Of a stretch of 29,461 nucleotides of DNA, positions 18,041-25,485 are shown piece after piece. The stretch comes from a virus (lineage: Duplodnaviria; Heunggongvirae; Uroviricota; Caudoviricetes): IMG/VR virus record IMGVR_UViG_2565956711_000012; one strand, 5' to 3'. Position numbers and translations under genes: made by a program. The stretch's first letter is position 1, and every line of letters starts with the position of its first letter. The notes under the pieces are model-generated. The model was not told the DNA's origin, searched no databases, and saw nothing but the letters and a program-made list of their open reading frames with translations.

Positions 18041-18615
18041 TCTGCAATCCCCAGAATCTGGCGTTTGATATCAGCCGCTGTCTCAGCAGACAGCCCGGCA
18101 GAACGGGTGATGGTTTCTGCGGCCGCAGCGGCTTTTTTCGCAAACTCCTGCTGGATCTCTTTCTCGCGTTTGTGGCTTGCCATCGCTGCGGCTTCCAGTC
18201 GCTGGGCGACAAGTGCAAGCTGACCCAGCGCTTTTGGCTCAACGCTCTTACCGCTGTCAGCCATGTCCATTGAGGTTTCAAAGGCCAGTGTTTTGACAAA
18301 CTCCAGCAGTAACTTCCCGACATCTGACGTCGGCGCAGAGCCAAGTTTTGAGGCCCATATTTCAGCCATCTCGCGTGAAGCGCGAATCTTTGACCCCATC
18401 GTTTCCATGCGGCTTGCGTAGCGGTTCAGACCAGTACGACTGATTTGCATGTCCTCCGGGAGGTTATATTCGTTGATCAGCTCGTTAATAGCTTCGCGGA
18501 TTTCTTCCTGGGTATGTCGTTTATCGCGCAGCATCTGATGCAGTTGCTCCCGGACCGCATCCGGGAGCAAATCAATCTTTGAAGGTCGTCCGCGCGTCTG
18601 GCGTTCACTTGCCAT
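18037..18615 (-). CDS. terminase small subunit candidate (Mu gp27-like, DUF3486-like)
   Basis: 192-aa ORF; N-terminal basic region (RGRPSKIDLLPDAVREQL), helical C-terminus; 4-bp overlap with terminase large subunit. Confidence 0.6.
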   Translation of the reverse strand: MASERQTRGRPSKIDLLPDAVREQLHQMLRDKRHTQEEIREAINELINEYNLPEDMQISRTGLNRYASRMETMGSKIRASREMAEIWASKLGSAPTSDVGKLLLEFVKTLAFETSMDMADSGKSVEPKALGQLALVAQRLEAAAMASHKREKEIQQEFAKKAAAAAETITRSAGLSAETAADIKRQILGIAE

Positions 18616-18904
18616 TCTCCCTCCTCATACGCTCAAGGAAGTCACGTTCAACGCTGGATTTGTCTTTCAGCAGCAACTTCCAGACGCGTTTATATTCCGG
18701 GTTGCTGTTGAGGAATGTGTTCAGATACGAATCAGCGGATTCGGAGTTGTATTTTTTACCCGTCGATTTTTCAAACTGCGGCGCAATGGCTCTGACTTCA
18801 ATTTCCGCACAGACGAGAATGGCGGCCATTTTCCGGATAATGTCGCGCTGGCTGTTGCTCAGTGGCTTAAGGGCTTTAGTCATGGCTGATGTTCTCCAGT
18901 TCAA
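18605..18904 (-). CDS. hypothetical protein (late operon); true start may be the internal ATG giving MTKALKPL
   Basis: 99-aa ORF, overlaps the terminase-small start by 11 bp; no recognisable motif. Confidence 0.4.
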   Translation of the reverse strand: MNWRTSAMTKALKPLSNSQRDIIRKMAAILVCAEIEVRAIAPQFEKSTGKKYNSESADSYLNTFLNSNPEYKRVWKLLLKDKSSVERDFLERMRRENGK

Positions 18905-19256
18905 AAATACGCTCTGTCACATCGTTAATCGCATCCGTAAAACCAAATGCGCTGCTCCACTCCGGGGGCGCACCGGTTACAGCCTCATACATGCTGTCCA
19001 GTGCGGCGATGACCTGATCGCGCTCTCCGATAAGCTGGGTTTCAGAGCGATCCAGCCGGGCAATACCTTCCAGTGCTTTTTCATTTGCACTGATAAGGGA
19101 TTCAATGATCACAGCGGCCTGAAAAAGCGCATTTGCTGACATGCAGATTTCCCCAGACTCCCGACGTTCTGCCAGACCTGACAGGCGGCGCAGCTGTTCC
19201 GCCTGCTGGCGGCAGGTCATTAACATTTGAAGTATTCTGGCCCGTTCCATCGTCAC
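18876..19256 (-). CDS. hypothetical protein (late operon)
   Basis: 126-aa ORF with 4-bp overlap to the upstream gene; predicted helical. Confidence 0.4.
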   Translation of the reverse strand: MTMERARILQMLMTCRQQAEQLRRLSGLAERRESGEICMSANALFQAAVIIESLISANEKALEGIARLDRSETQLIGERDQVIAALDSMYEAVTGAPPEWSSAFGFTDAINDVTERIFELENISHD

Positions 19257-19546
19257 TCCCGCGCACGTGGTTTTTTGACGCCGGGGACCGTCGCCAGCCC
19301 GAAGGCCACATCTTCACCGCGTCCTGTGATGCCGGCGACGTAACACCCGGAGACATCTGACAGGGTGACGAGTCCCTGTTCACGTAGCCACGCAAGGAGG
19401 GTGCGGACGGTGTCACGGGAAACCCGATGGCCGTAAGTCTGAAGGCAGGTCTGTAGAATGGATTCGTTTGCACTGTCTCCGCACTCCACCAGTGAGCGCA
19501 GAATGACCAGTCGCTGGTCGCTGTTGAGGATTTCTTGCATGCTCAT
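19253..19546 (-). CDS. small winged-helix-like DNA-binding protein candidate
   Basis: 97-aa ORF; pattern QRLVILRSLVECGDSANESIL...VSRDTVRTLLAWLREQGLV resembles winged-helix regulators. Confidence 0.4.
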   Translation of the reverse strand: MSMQEILNSDQRLVILRSLVECGDSANESILQTCLQTYGHRVSRDTVRTLLAWLREQGLVTLSDVSGCYVAGITGRGEDVAFGLATVPGVKKPRARE

Positions 19547-19552
19547 AGCCTC

Positions 19553-19858
19553 TTAATTTTTTTCCTTCAGTTCGTTTTCCAGCAACAGATCGCTGATACG
19601 TGTGGCCTGCCGGAGCATTCCGGAGAACTCCCGTATTTCGCCGCGCAGGTTGCTCATATCCAGTTGCAACTGGTGGAGTTCCTGCCGTGACGGCATCCCG
19701 TCGATGGCCTTTTCAAGTGCACTCATCCGGCTGTTAACTTTCTCCATCTCTTCCCGGCGGGCATAGGTTTTCACCAGCAGCAGGTGGATAATATTGATAC
19801 CGGACATCAGTCCGGCCCAGATGACAGCCCAGTTACTTCTTACGGTTTCCCATTCCAT
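19553..19858 (-). CDS. membrane-anchored coiled-coil protein (Mu gp25-like / DUF2730-like; lysis-associated)
   Basis: 101-aa ORF; N-terminal hydrophobic segment WAVIWAGLMSGINIIHLLLV followed by a heptad-rich coiled coil. Confidence 0.5.
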   Translation of the reverse strand: MEWETVRSNWAVIWAGLMSGINIIHLLLVKTYARREEMEKVNSRMSALEKAIDGMPSRQELHQLQLDMSNLRGEIREFSGMLRQATRISDLLLENELKEKN

Positions 19859-20065
19859 TTATGCCGTCTCCCTGAGTGTCTGGCAGTCAATGCAGGTCAC
19901 GGCATCCGGCATGGCCGCCAGTCGTTTAGGGTCAATTTCGTCACCACAGTCGTTGCAGTGACCTGGAGTATCAGGAGATTCTTTAACCCTGTTTAACAGG
20001 GCATTTAATGCCCGTTCACGGTCTGCCATCTCAAGGCCGCTGGCCTTGTCCAGTTCATCCGTCAT
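19859..20065 (-). CDS. TraR/DksA-family C4 zinc-finger protein
   Basis: 68-aa ORF with C-x2-C ... C-x2-C (CNDCGDEIDPKRLAAMPDAVTCIDCQ), the TraR/DksA signature. Confidence 0.75.
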   Translation of the reverse strand: MTDELDKASGLEMADRERALNALLNRVKESPDTPGHCNDCGDEIDPKRLAAMPDAVTCIDCQTLRETA

Positions 20066-20670
20066 TTACCCGCCGCCATCGTTTTGTGTTTGCTGGATTT
20101 GCTGTACCGGGCGAACCCGTCAAGGGTGCGAAAACCGAGATACCCGAGCGCCGGTGTCGCCAGCATGAGTGCGATATCCCAGTCCGGTGATGGCATGGAG
20201 AAGGCATGACCAAAAGCACCGGATACCGCGCCAGCCTGCTGACCCACTGACATCAGCATCACATACGCAATGCTGCTGTAGAGCGACAGCCTCGCCATCA
20301 GCGGCCTGGTCTGACGGACATATTCATCCGTGGCGTTGTCCCCGTTACGGATGGTTTCCTGCTGTTCATGGTGGGCAGCCTGACGGTCAGCCAGTACGGC
20401 TTTGTCCCGCTCAAGCTGGAATTGCTCAATCTGGACTTTTAGGGACTGGAGCTGGACGAACTGTTCTGGCGGCAGCGCCGCCAGTTTCTGCTCAAGCACC
20501 CGCTGCTGGTCCTGCGGGTTGATGACGCTGTTGACGTTCTCAACGATCCCCGCCACAGAATCTGCCGTTCTGGCGGTGTCGCCACCGAACCAGCCTCCCA
20601 CGGTACGCAGTAATGACGGTCCGGCCTTCATCAGAACGGAGGCAATGGTGGTGAGGGTTACTGGATCCAT
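20062..20670 (-). CDS. putative holin-like membrane protein
   Basis: 202-aa ORF; soluble N-terminal region and C-terminal hydrophobic segments (YSSIAYVMLMSV; IALMLATPALGYLGF); lies in the lysis block. Confidence 0.4.
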   Translation of the reverse strand: MDPVTLTTIASVLMKAGPSLLRTVGGWFGGDTARTADSVAGIVENVNSVINPQDQQRVLEQKLAALPPEQFVQLQSLKVQIEQFQLERDKAVLADRQAAHHEQQETIRNGDNATDEYVRQTRPLMARLSLYSSIAYVMLMSVGQQAGAVSGAFGHAFSMPSPDWDIALMLATPALGYLGFRTLDGFARYSKSSKHKTMAAGK

Positions 20671-21065
20671 ACAAGCAGCCCCTTACGTGCAACCCACTGA
20701 CAGAACAGAAATCCTGTGGCTGCGCCGAGTGGTTCAAGGACAAGCAGGTACAGCGGGCTGGCATAAAGTGGACTCAGGCAGATAAGAACGAACCCAACTC
20801 CCCAGACAACCCACGACCAGAAACATGCATGCCGGCTGATATGCATTTCAGGTTTAAGAAGCCTGTAAGGCAGATTGCCAAGAAAGATGCTGAACCCGAC
20901 CAGGACCACACCGGACAACGCCAGCCACCAGACCATAAATGCCTGGCGGCCTGAGAAACTACAGATGAACAGCGACAGGCCGACGAGAATGACAATGCTC
21001 CATCCGGAGCGCAAAACCTGTACCAGTGCCAGCTTTAACCAGTCACAGCTAAACGATTTAAACAT
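20658..21065 (-). CDS. polytopic inner-membrane protein (lysis block; holin/antiholin candidate)
   Basis: Start chosen at internal ATG (MFKSFSCDWLK...) which overlaps the upstream stop as ATGTTTAA; about four hydrophobic helices; the longer ORF-track version (to 21236) overlaps the upstream gene out of frame. Confidence 0.45.
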   Translation of the reverse strand: MFKSFSCDWLKLALVQVLRSGWSIVILVGLSLFICSFSGRQAFMVWWLALSGVVLVGFSIFLGNLPYRLLKPEMHISRHACFWSWVVWGVGFVLICLSPLYASPLYLLVLEPLGAATGFLFCQWVARKGLLVWIQ

Positions 21066-21276
21066 TGTGTTTTTCCTTGTATCGCTGGCATTGCCAGACG
21101 ATGTCTCTGATATCGACGGATGACCAGCCGCGCATGTAGTAACTGGCGTGTGTACCGTCATGACCTGCATAACTTGTCGGAACGGGGACGGGGCCACCTG
21201 CCATTCGGTGAAGAACTTCCTGCCGCAGCCGGTCACGTCGTCCCTGTTTCAGCGAAGCGTCCCATCCCTTGCCCAT
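21058..21276 (-). CDS. small hypothetical protein translationally coupled to the endolysin
   Basis: 72-aa ORF whose ATG lies 1 nt after the endolysin stop; GC-rich; no recognisable motif. Confidence 0.35.
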   Translation of the reverse strand: MGKGWDASLKQGRRDRLRQEVLHRMAGGPVPVPTSYAGHDGTHASYYMRGWSSVDIRDIVWQCQRYKEKHNV

Positions 21277-21277
21277 A

Positions 21278-21868
21278 TCAGCTCCGGGCTACCGAATAGC
21301 GGACACCGGAAATCTCACGACAGGCGTCAGCGAGGTTGTCCAGTCGGTTAAACCAGCCGTTGAGGAACTTGCCCTGTGAAGGATTTGATTTGATGATGTC
21401 GGCGTAATAGCGGGAACGACGCAGAAATAAACGGTTCAGCAGCCAGTCAGGGTCAGCACCTTCAACGGCTGCGCGGGTGTTTTTACCGGCGATACCATCA
21501 ACACTTTTGCCGGTGAAACCCGCAGCTTCCTGAAGCAACTGGACAGCCTTTTTGACGCCATGCTGGACGGCAGAGTCAAAGGCAAACAGGGCTATATCAT
21601 CCGGCCAAAACTGGCAATACGCGGGATACCAGTAGTCACGGAAGTAAATCTGTCCGGCCTGTTCAACCGTTAAATCACGAATACGCGTATCAGGCTTGCC
21701 ATCGCCATTAACGTCGGTCATGCCATCGGCAACACCGTCGCGTTTATCTGATATACCGAAGTTGGTTTCACCGCCACGGTCAGTGGGGTCATTGACATAT
21801 CCGCGTTCTGCGCTGAGCACGAAAGCAAGAGCATTGCGAAATGCGGGAGAATCGGGGGTGTTGTTCAT
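21278..21868 (-). CDS. endolysin, GH108-type N-acetylmuramidase with C-terminal peptidoglycan-binding region
   Basis: 196-aa ORF; N-terminal ERGYVNDPTDRGGETNFGIS matches the GH108 catalytic motif as I recall it; no signal peptide or SAR segment; AGGTG about 7 nt upstream of ATG. Confidence 0.75.
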   Translation of the reverse strand: MNNTPDSPAFRNALAFVLSAERGYVNDPTDRGGETNFGISDKRDGVADGMTDVNGDGKPDTRIRDLTVEQAGQIYFRDYWYPAYCQFWPDDIALFAFDSAVQHGVKKAVQLLQEAAGFTGKSVDGIAGKNTRAAVEGADPDWLLNRLFLRRSRYYADIIKSNPSQGKFLNGWFNRLDNLADACREISGVRYSVARS

Positions 21869-21919
21869 AAAACGGCACCTTTGGAAGTGGGTTAGTTTTC
21901 CCTTCCATCATGTGCCGGA

Positions 21920-21946
21920 CGAAAAAAAAGCCGGATTAACCGGCTT
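21920..21946 (-). terminator. intrinsic terminator ending the early (mor-moron) transcript
   Basis: Minus-strand RNA: AGCCGG-UUAAU-CCGGCU stem-loop followed by 8-9 U; located 30-50 nt after the moron stop. Confidence 0.65.
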
Positions 21947-21948
21947 CA
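21933..21948 (-). promoter_or_regulatory. 16-mer TGAAGCCGGTTAATCC (copy 1, about 64 nt upstream of the endolysin ATG)
   Basis: Identical 16-mer occurs again at 13959-13974, about 60 nt upstream of the I ATG; candidate late-activator site. Confidence 0.45.
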
Positions 21949-21978
21949 TTCAATGGATATAACTAGCGAATTCACTCA

Positions 21979-22488
21979 CTATGCTTTTCGTAAATCGCAG
22001 GAGTAAGTAACTGACTCCATAACTTTTCGAATAGTGGCTCGTAATTCCATTCCAGATGTAAAACCTGATGCTGAATAAGAGTCGTCTTCTCTTCTATTTG
22101 CCGTCGCTTTTGTAAAAATCTCAGCAACTTGATTGATTGAGTTTTCTGAGTCTTTCTTTCCCGTCACCCCCTCTACGAGTTTTACACATTGATTAACAGC
22201 AGCCAGTGATTCACCGTCAATATCTTTACCACTTGAAAACACCATTGCTGTAACTGCATCTGTACCTAATGCCCAAACGGTACTTACAGTGGAATCTTCA
22301 GTTGTTGCTGTATAAACCTGAACACCATCAACTATGGCTCCTTTTTTCCATTCTGTTTTTTTCAGGACACCCATTTTATCAAATTGAGAAATAAGCTTTT
22401 CATTACCTGTTAGTTCATCTTTATCGAAAAAATAGTGATACCCCCCAACTAAAATAACGGCCAGTATTAATGCATCAGTAAATTTCAT
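21979..22488 (-). CDS. moron: membrane-anchored or secreted protein of unknown function
   Basis: 169-aa ORF; N-terminal hydrophobic stretch (FTDALILAVILVGGYHYFF); clearly AT-rich compared with flanking DNA; GGAG about 7 nt upstream of ATG, inside the end of mor; followed by an intrinsic terminator. Confidence 0.6.
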   Translation of the reverse strand: MKFTDALILAVILVGGYHYFFDKDELTGNEKLISQFDKMGVLKKTEWKKGAIVDGVQVYTATTEDSTVSTVWALGTDAVTAMVFSSGKDIDGESLAAVNQCVKLVEGVTGKKDSENSINQVAEIFTKATANRREDDSYSASGFTSGMELRATIRKVMESVTYSCDLRKA

Positions 22489-22491
22489 ATG

Positions 22492-22902
22492 TTACTCCCT
22501 GCCAAATAAATCCAGTTGATGCTTGCGGTGCTCTAGTTTACGCATGCGTCTGATGGCTTTATACACCGTTTTATAGGTAACACGGTAACGCTCAACCAAC
22601 TCTGTGATGTTTCTGCCATTGAAATCACGCCAGATTTTCATATCACGAATCAATGACTCAAGAGTCTGGCCGCGTGGGAAATAAATCTGCATACCGCCAA
22701 TCTGACAGCTAATCGCGTAAACCAGCTCCAGAGAGATACGTGGGTCAACGCCATGCTTTGTCAGTTCGCCACGCAGCAGCGTATTCAGTTCTGTCAGCAG
22801 TGCAGGGAAACGCACTGTTTCCGCCGAACTGTCATCGTCCAGGTGCTCCAGAATGCTGTCATCCTGGATATCACCAAACAGATCATTCTGCTTTTCGCTC
22901 AT
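22492..22902 (-). CDS. mor: middle-operon regulator Mor (Mor/C family transcription activator)
   Basis: 136-aa ORF; DLFGD near the N-terminus, FPALLTELNTLLRGEL, IRDMKIWRDFNGRN and C-terminal HTH YKTVYKAIRRMRK match Mor as I recall it; sits right after the gemA-like gene as in Mu. Confidence 0.8.
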   Translation of the reverse strand: MSEKQNDLFGDIQDDSILEHLDDDSSAETVRFPALLTELNTLLRGELTKHGVDPRISLELVYAISCQIGGMQIYFPRGQTLESLIRDMKIWRDFNGRNITELVERYRVTYKTVYKAIRRMRKLEHRKHQLDLFGRE

Positions 22903-23426
22903 GTGCGCACCTTTCTTACTTTACTGGAATACAGGCTGTTGATGGCGTCATAACCCCGATTATCCTGAAATGCCAGGTCTCGCGGACTCAGCGCCTCTGT
23001 CATTTCTCTCAGATGCCATTGCTTGAGGCTTTCCAGCACCATCAGAAGATTATCGCCACGGCACCATGCCAGGCTGGCGATACCTTTACCTTTGTTGGTT
23101 CTGACAGTCATCTTCGAGACGAACGTATCCAGTGCGGTATCGCTGCCATCACGGATAAACCCATCAAGATGCATCTGCCGCCAGATGCTGCGAACCTTTG
23201 CGGTGATATCTGTTTCACGATGACGGCGAGCCGGAGAACGGGGGCGAGTACGCCTGAATCCCTTATCCTCCAGTACCTTCAGTACATCCTCCAGTTGGCC
23301 GACCTTCAGATCACGACAACTTTGCTTTCCCGTTACGCGATAAAGCACTGAACGGTAGGTGTCATCGTCCAGCTGTAGATTGCGACGGGCAACATGGATT
23401 AACTTAATCAGGGATGCGCGGCTCAT
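22899..23426 (-). CDS. gemA: GemA-like early protein (Mu gp16 position, DUF1018-like)
   Basis: Start set at internal ATG (MSRASLIKLIHVARRNLQLDD...); stop overlaps mor start by 4 bp, as for gemA-mor in Mu. Confidence 0.5.
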   Translation of the reverse strand: MSRASLIKLIHVARRNLQLDDDTYRSVLYRVTGKQSCRDLKVGQLEDVLKVLEDKGFRRTRPRSPARRHRETDITAKVRSIWRQMHLDGFIRDGSDTALDTFVSKMTVRTNKGKGIASLAWCRGDNLLMVLESLKQWHLREMTEALSPRDLAFQDNRGYDAINSLYSSKVRKVRT

Positions 23427-24114
23427 CGTTACTTCCCTCCGTCTGGCGGTCAATGCGCTCAATTTCTGCAATCAAAAGCGCACATGCTTTCACTAAATTT
23501 CGACGATAGTCTGATGGTTTGAAACTGTCATCATGCCAGTCAGCAGGCCAGTATTCTTCAGCCGCCAAAGGCTCTATGTAACTGATAGCCGCTGCGGCCA
23601 GCTCACCTTCAATATATGTGTCGTCCTGCTGTTTGGTGTATCCCTTAACCGATGTTTGCCGCTGGCGCTCGGCCAGAACATCAGATGTTGCTGGTGACAG
23701 TGAAAGCGATGGCGGTGCGGCTCCAATAGCTTTGCCCAGATCGTTGTTTTGCTTTTCCAGACATTCGATACGGTCTGCCTGCTGATTGATGTGATCATCC
23801 TGAGCGGTGTTAGTGCGTTCCTGTTCAGCTATGCGTTTTTGGGCCTTGACCAGTTCATCCGCCAGTGTCCATTCTGATTTTGACAGGACGTCTATTTCAT
23901 CCAGCAACAATTCCACGACTTCAAGAGTGAAACTGCGCTGGGTCTCATTGATAGTTTTAAGACGATTAATACTGGTATCGGGGCCAAATGGCGGCATTGC
24001 TTTACGTTTGCAGATATCGTCACGTATCTGCTGGATATTGATAATCGTATGCCTAGTCATTCGCTTAAACTCCATATTTAGTTGCCTGCGGGTGCACGAA
24101 GCCCCGGCAGGCAT
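23404..24114 (-). CDS. hypothetical early protein with central coiled coil (start uncertain; internal ATGs possible)
   Basis: 236-aa ORF between gam and the gemA-like gene; no recognisable motif. Confidence 0.4.
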   Translation of the reverse strand: MPAGASCTRRQLNMEFKRMTRHTIINIQQIRDDICKRKAMPPFGPDTSINRLKTINETQRSFTLEVVELLLDEIDVLSKSEWTLADELVKAQKRIAEQERTNTAQDDHINQQADRIECLEKQNNDLGKAIGAAPPSLSLSPATSDVLAERQRQTSVKGYTKQQDDTYIEGELAAAAISYIEPLAAEEYWPADWHDDSFKPSDYRRNLVKACALLIAEIERIDRQTEGSNDEPRIPD

Positions 24115-24149
24115 GCCGTATTAAAATTCTGAGAATCAAAGAAAGTTAA

Positions 24150-24677
24150 TTAATCAGTTACAGTTTGTTCAAATGGGATTATTTCAAAATCCTCAACATC
24201 TGATTTAATGGATATTCCTGCAATTCCCTTAACTTCATTCGGTGATGCAAGAATTGCCTCTTTGTTTATTTCCTCTTTATTGCGAAGAAATTTACCCAGA
24301 CTAAATTTTTTGAGTAACGCAATAACATCTTCAACTTTGCGAATAGTGACGCTGGGTGGTCGTTTACGCCAGCGAACCTCACCCGTTGTCAGGTTAGCAG
24401 TCTTGGTCTTACCGTCTTTGGTCAGTTCTGCACGGTTAGCTTCACACCATGTCTGAACGCCAGCCTGCAAACGTCCAAGCTCTTTTTTAAGCGCTTCAAT
24501 GCCGGGCGCAACATCATTTGTCAGGGCCGCTATTTTGTCATTCAGTTCCGTTTCACGGCGCAGAATGACACGGGTAATATCGCCAATCTTGCGGATGTCG
24601 CTGATTACGTCATCGCGGCATTGAGGAACGGCGACAGCAGCGGCTGATTTTGCGCGGGGCTTTTTGGGTGCTTTCAT
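24150..24677 (-). CDS. gam: host-nuclease inhibitor Gam (Ku-like DNA end-binding protein)
   Basis: Start at internal ATG (MKAPKKPRAKSAAAVAVPQCRDDVISDIRKIGDI...; cat at 24675-24677). Motifs KSAAA, RKIGD, TWCEANRAELT, VKTANLTTGEVRWR, IIPFEQ agree with Mu Gam as I recall it. Confidence 0.75.
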   Translation of the reverse strand: MKAPKKPRAKSAAAVAVPQCRDDVISDIRKIGDITRVILRRETELNDKIAALTNDVAPGIEALKKELGRLQAGVQTWCEANRAELTKDGKTKTANLTTGEVRWRKRPPSVTIRKVEDVIALLKKFSLGKFLRNKEEINKEAILASPNEVKGIAGISIKSDVEDFEIIPFEQTVTD

Positions 24678-24684
24678 ATAAACC

Positions 24685-24936
24685 TCAGTGTTTAATAATT
24701 TTACGGTTATCCAGATCAACTTTCTGTTTTGCAAATTCAGTGACCTGCTGGATAGCCATTGGAAAAATAGCTGACAGTCCTTCCGCAACCAGATACGAAA
24801 ATGAACCATCATCATTGGCGTTGTTAAGGTGAAAACTGATAGCGAGCTTTCCTGAGTTCTCACCGGTTTTAACCATTTCCCCGTTTTTAATTACCGCATC
24901 ATCCTCGAGAATAATGGTGATTACCTGTTTAGCCAT
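24685..24936 (-). CDS. small hypothetical early protein (AT-rich gene)
   Basis: 83-aa ORF immediately upstream of gam; lower GC than neighbours; no recognisable motif. Confidence 0.45.
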   Translation of the reverse strand: MAKQVITIILEDDAVIKNGEMVKTGENSGKLAISFHLNNANDDGSFSYLVAEGLSAIFPMAIQQVTEFAKQKVDLDNRKIIKH

Positions 24937-24948
24937 CTCACACCTCCA

Positions 24949-25239
24949 TTAATTACCTTTATAAATAATGTTAAATACCTGACTGCGAGACATTTCCATT
25001 TTTTCGGCGATAACCGATATGGTCAGTCCCTCCCTGTAAAGTTCACGACACAAATATGCGTCGTCTTCATTTCCCGCTCTGATGCGTAGCGAAAGGCCCT
25101 GCCTAATGGCGCAATTCTGCACTGACTGTTTAGAGCGCCCCAGTTGCAGTGCCAGACCGCTTACACTTACCTTTCCCGCGTTCTGTTCAAGAATGCGGAG
25201 TTCTTCACGTGACCATGCTCTCCCCGTACTCCAGCCCAT
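24949..25239 (-). CDS. small HTH DNA-binding protein (GcrA-like N-terminal motif)
   Basis: Start set at ATG giving MGWSTGRAWSREELRILEQ..., preceded by GGAGG 7 nt upstream; the ORF-track start at 25263 is a TTG. WSREEL...GLALQLGRSKQSVQNCAIRQGL resembles GcrA-type HTH; second HTH-like segment LTISVIAEKMEMSRSQVFNIIY. Confidence 0.45.
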   Translation of the reverse strand: MGWSTGRAWSREELRILEQNAGKVSVSGLALQLGRSKQSVQNCAIRQGLSLRIRAGNEDDAYLCRELYREGLTISVIAEKMEMSRSQVFNIIYKGN

Positions 25240-25241
25240 AC

Positions 25242-25481
25242 TTACCTCCAGATAATCCGGCAACCTTCCAGACTGGCTACCCAGACGGAGCGGGTGCCGC
25301 CGTTGTGTGTTTCTGATATACGGGATGCACTACGCACCAGCTCTGTTGGTGGGCAGACAATCTCCAGTAACGGGCGACGCATGAAAACCCGAACGTCAGT
25401 GACACGGCTACCACGGGAGCGAAGCCAGTTCTGCGCCGCCTCTGCCATGCTGATGTGTTCTGCAATACGTTCAGTAATCAT
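25242..25481 (-). CDS. small early protein at the position of Mu kil (function unknown)
   Basis: 79-aa ORF starting a few nt after the B stop; identity with Kil not established. Confidence 0.35.
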   Translation of the reverse strand: MITERIAEHISMAEAAQNWLRSRGSRVTDVRVFMRRPLLEIVCPPTELVRSASRISETHNGGTRSVWVASLEGCRIIWR

Positions 25482-25485
25482 GGTG

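Noticed and set aside
20658-21236. Long N-terminal extension of the membrane-protein ORF (192-aa version)
   Set aside because: The extension overlaps the coupled 72-aa ORF out of frame; the internal ATG overlapping the upstream stop (ATGTTTAA) gives a more plausible 135-aa membrane protein.
22740-23351. 203-aa plus-strand ORF
   Set aside because: Antisense to the mor and gemA-like genes, which have strong motif and synteny support.
24080-24110. GC-rich imperfect hairpin between gam and the downstream 236-aa gene
   Set aside because: Considered as a terminator but the stem is bulged and there is no U-tract on the transcribed strand; not reported as a feature.
24150-24863. 237-aa extended version of gam
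   Set aside because: The N-terminal 62 codons overlap the upstream 83-aa gene and do not resemble Gam; the internal ATG at 24677 yields a Gam-sized 176-aa protein.
25277-25465. 62-aa alternative-frame ORF downstream of B
   Set aside because: Overlaps the 79-aa ORF, which is better positioned relative to the B stop and to the next gene's SD; only one can be real.
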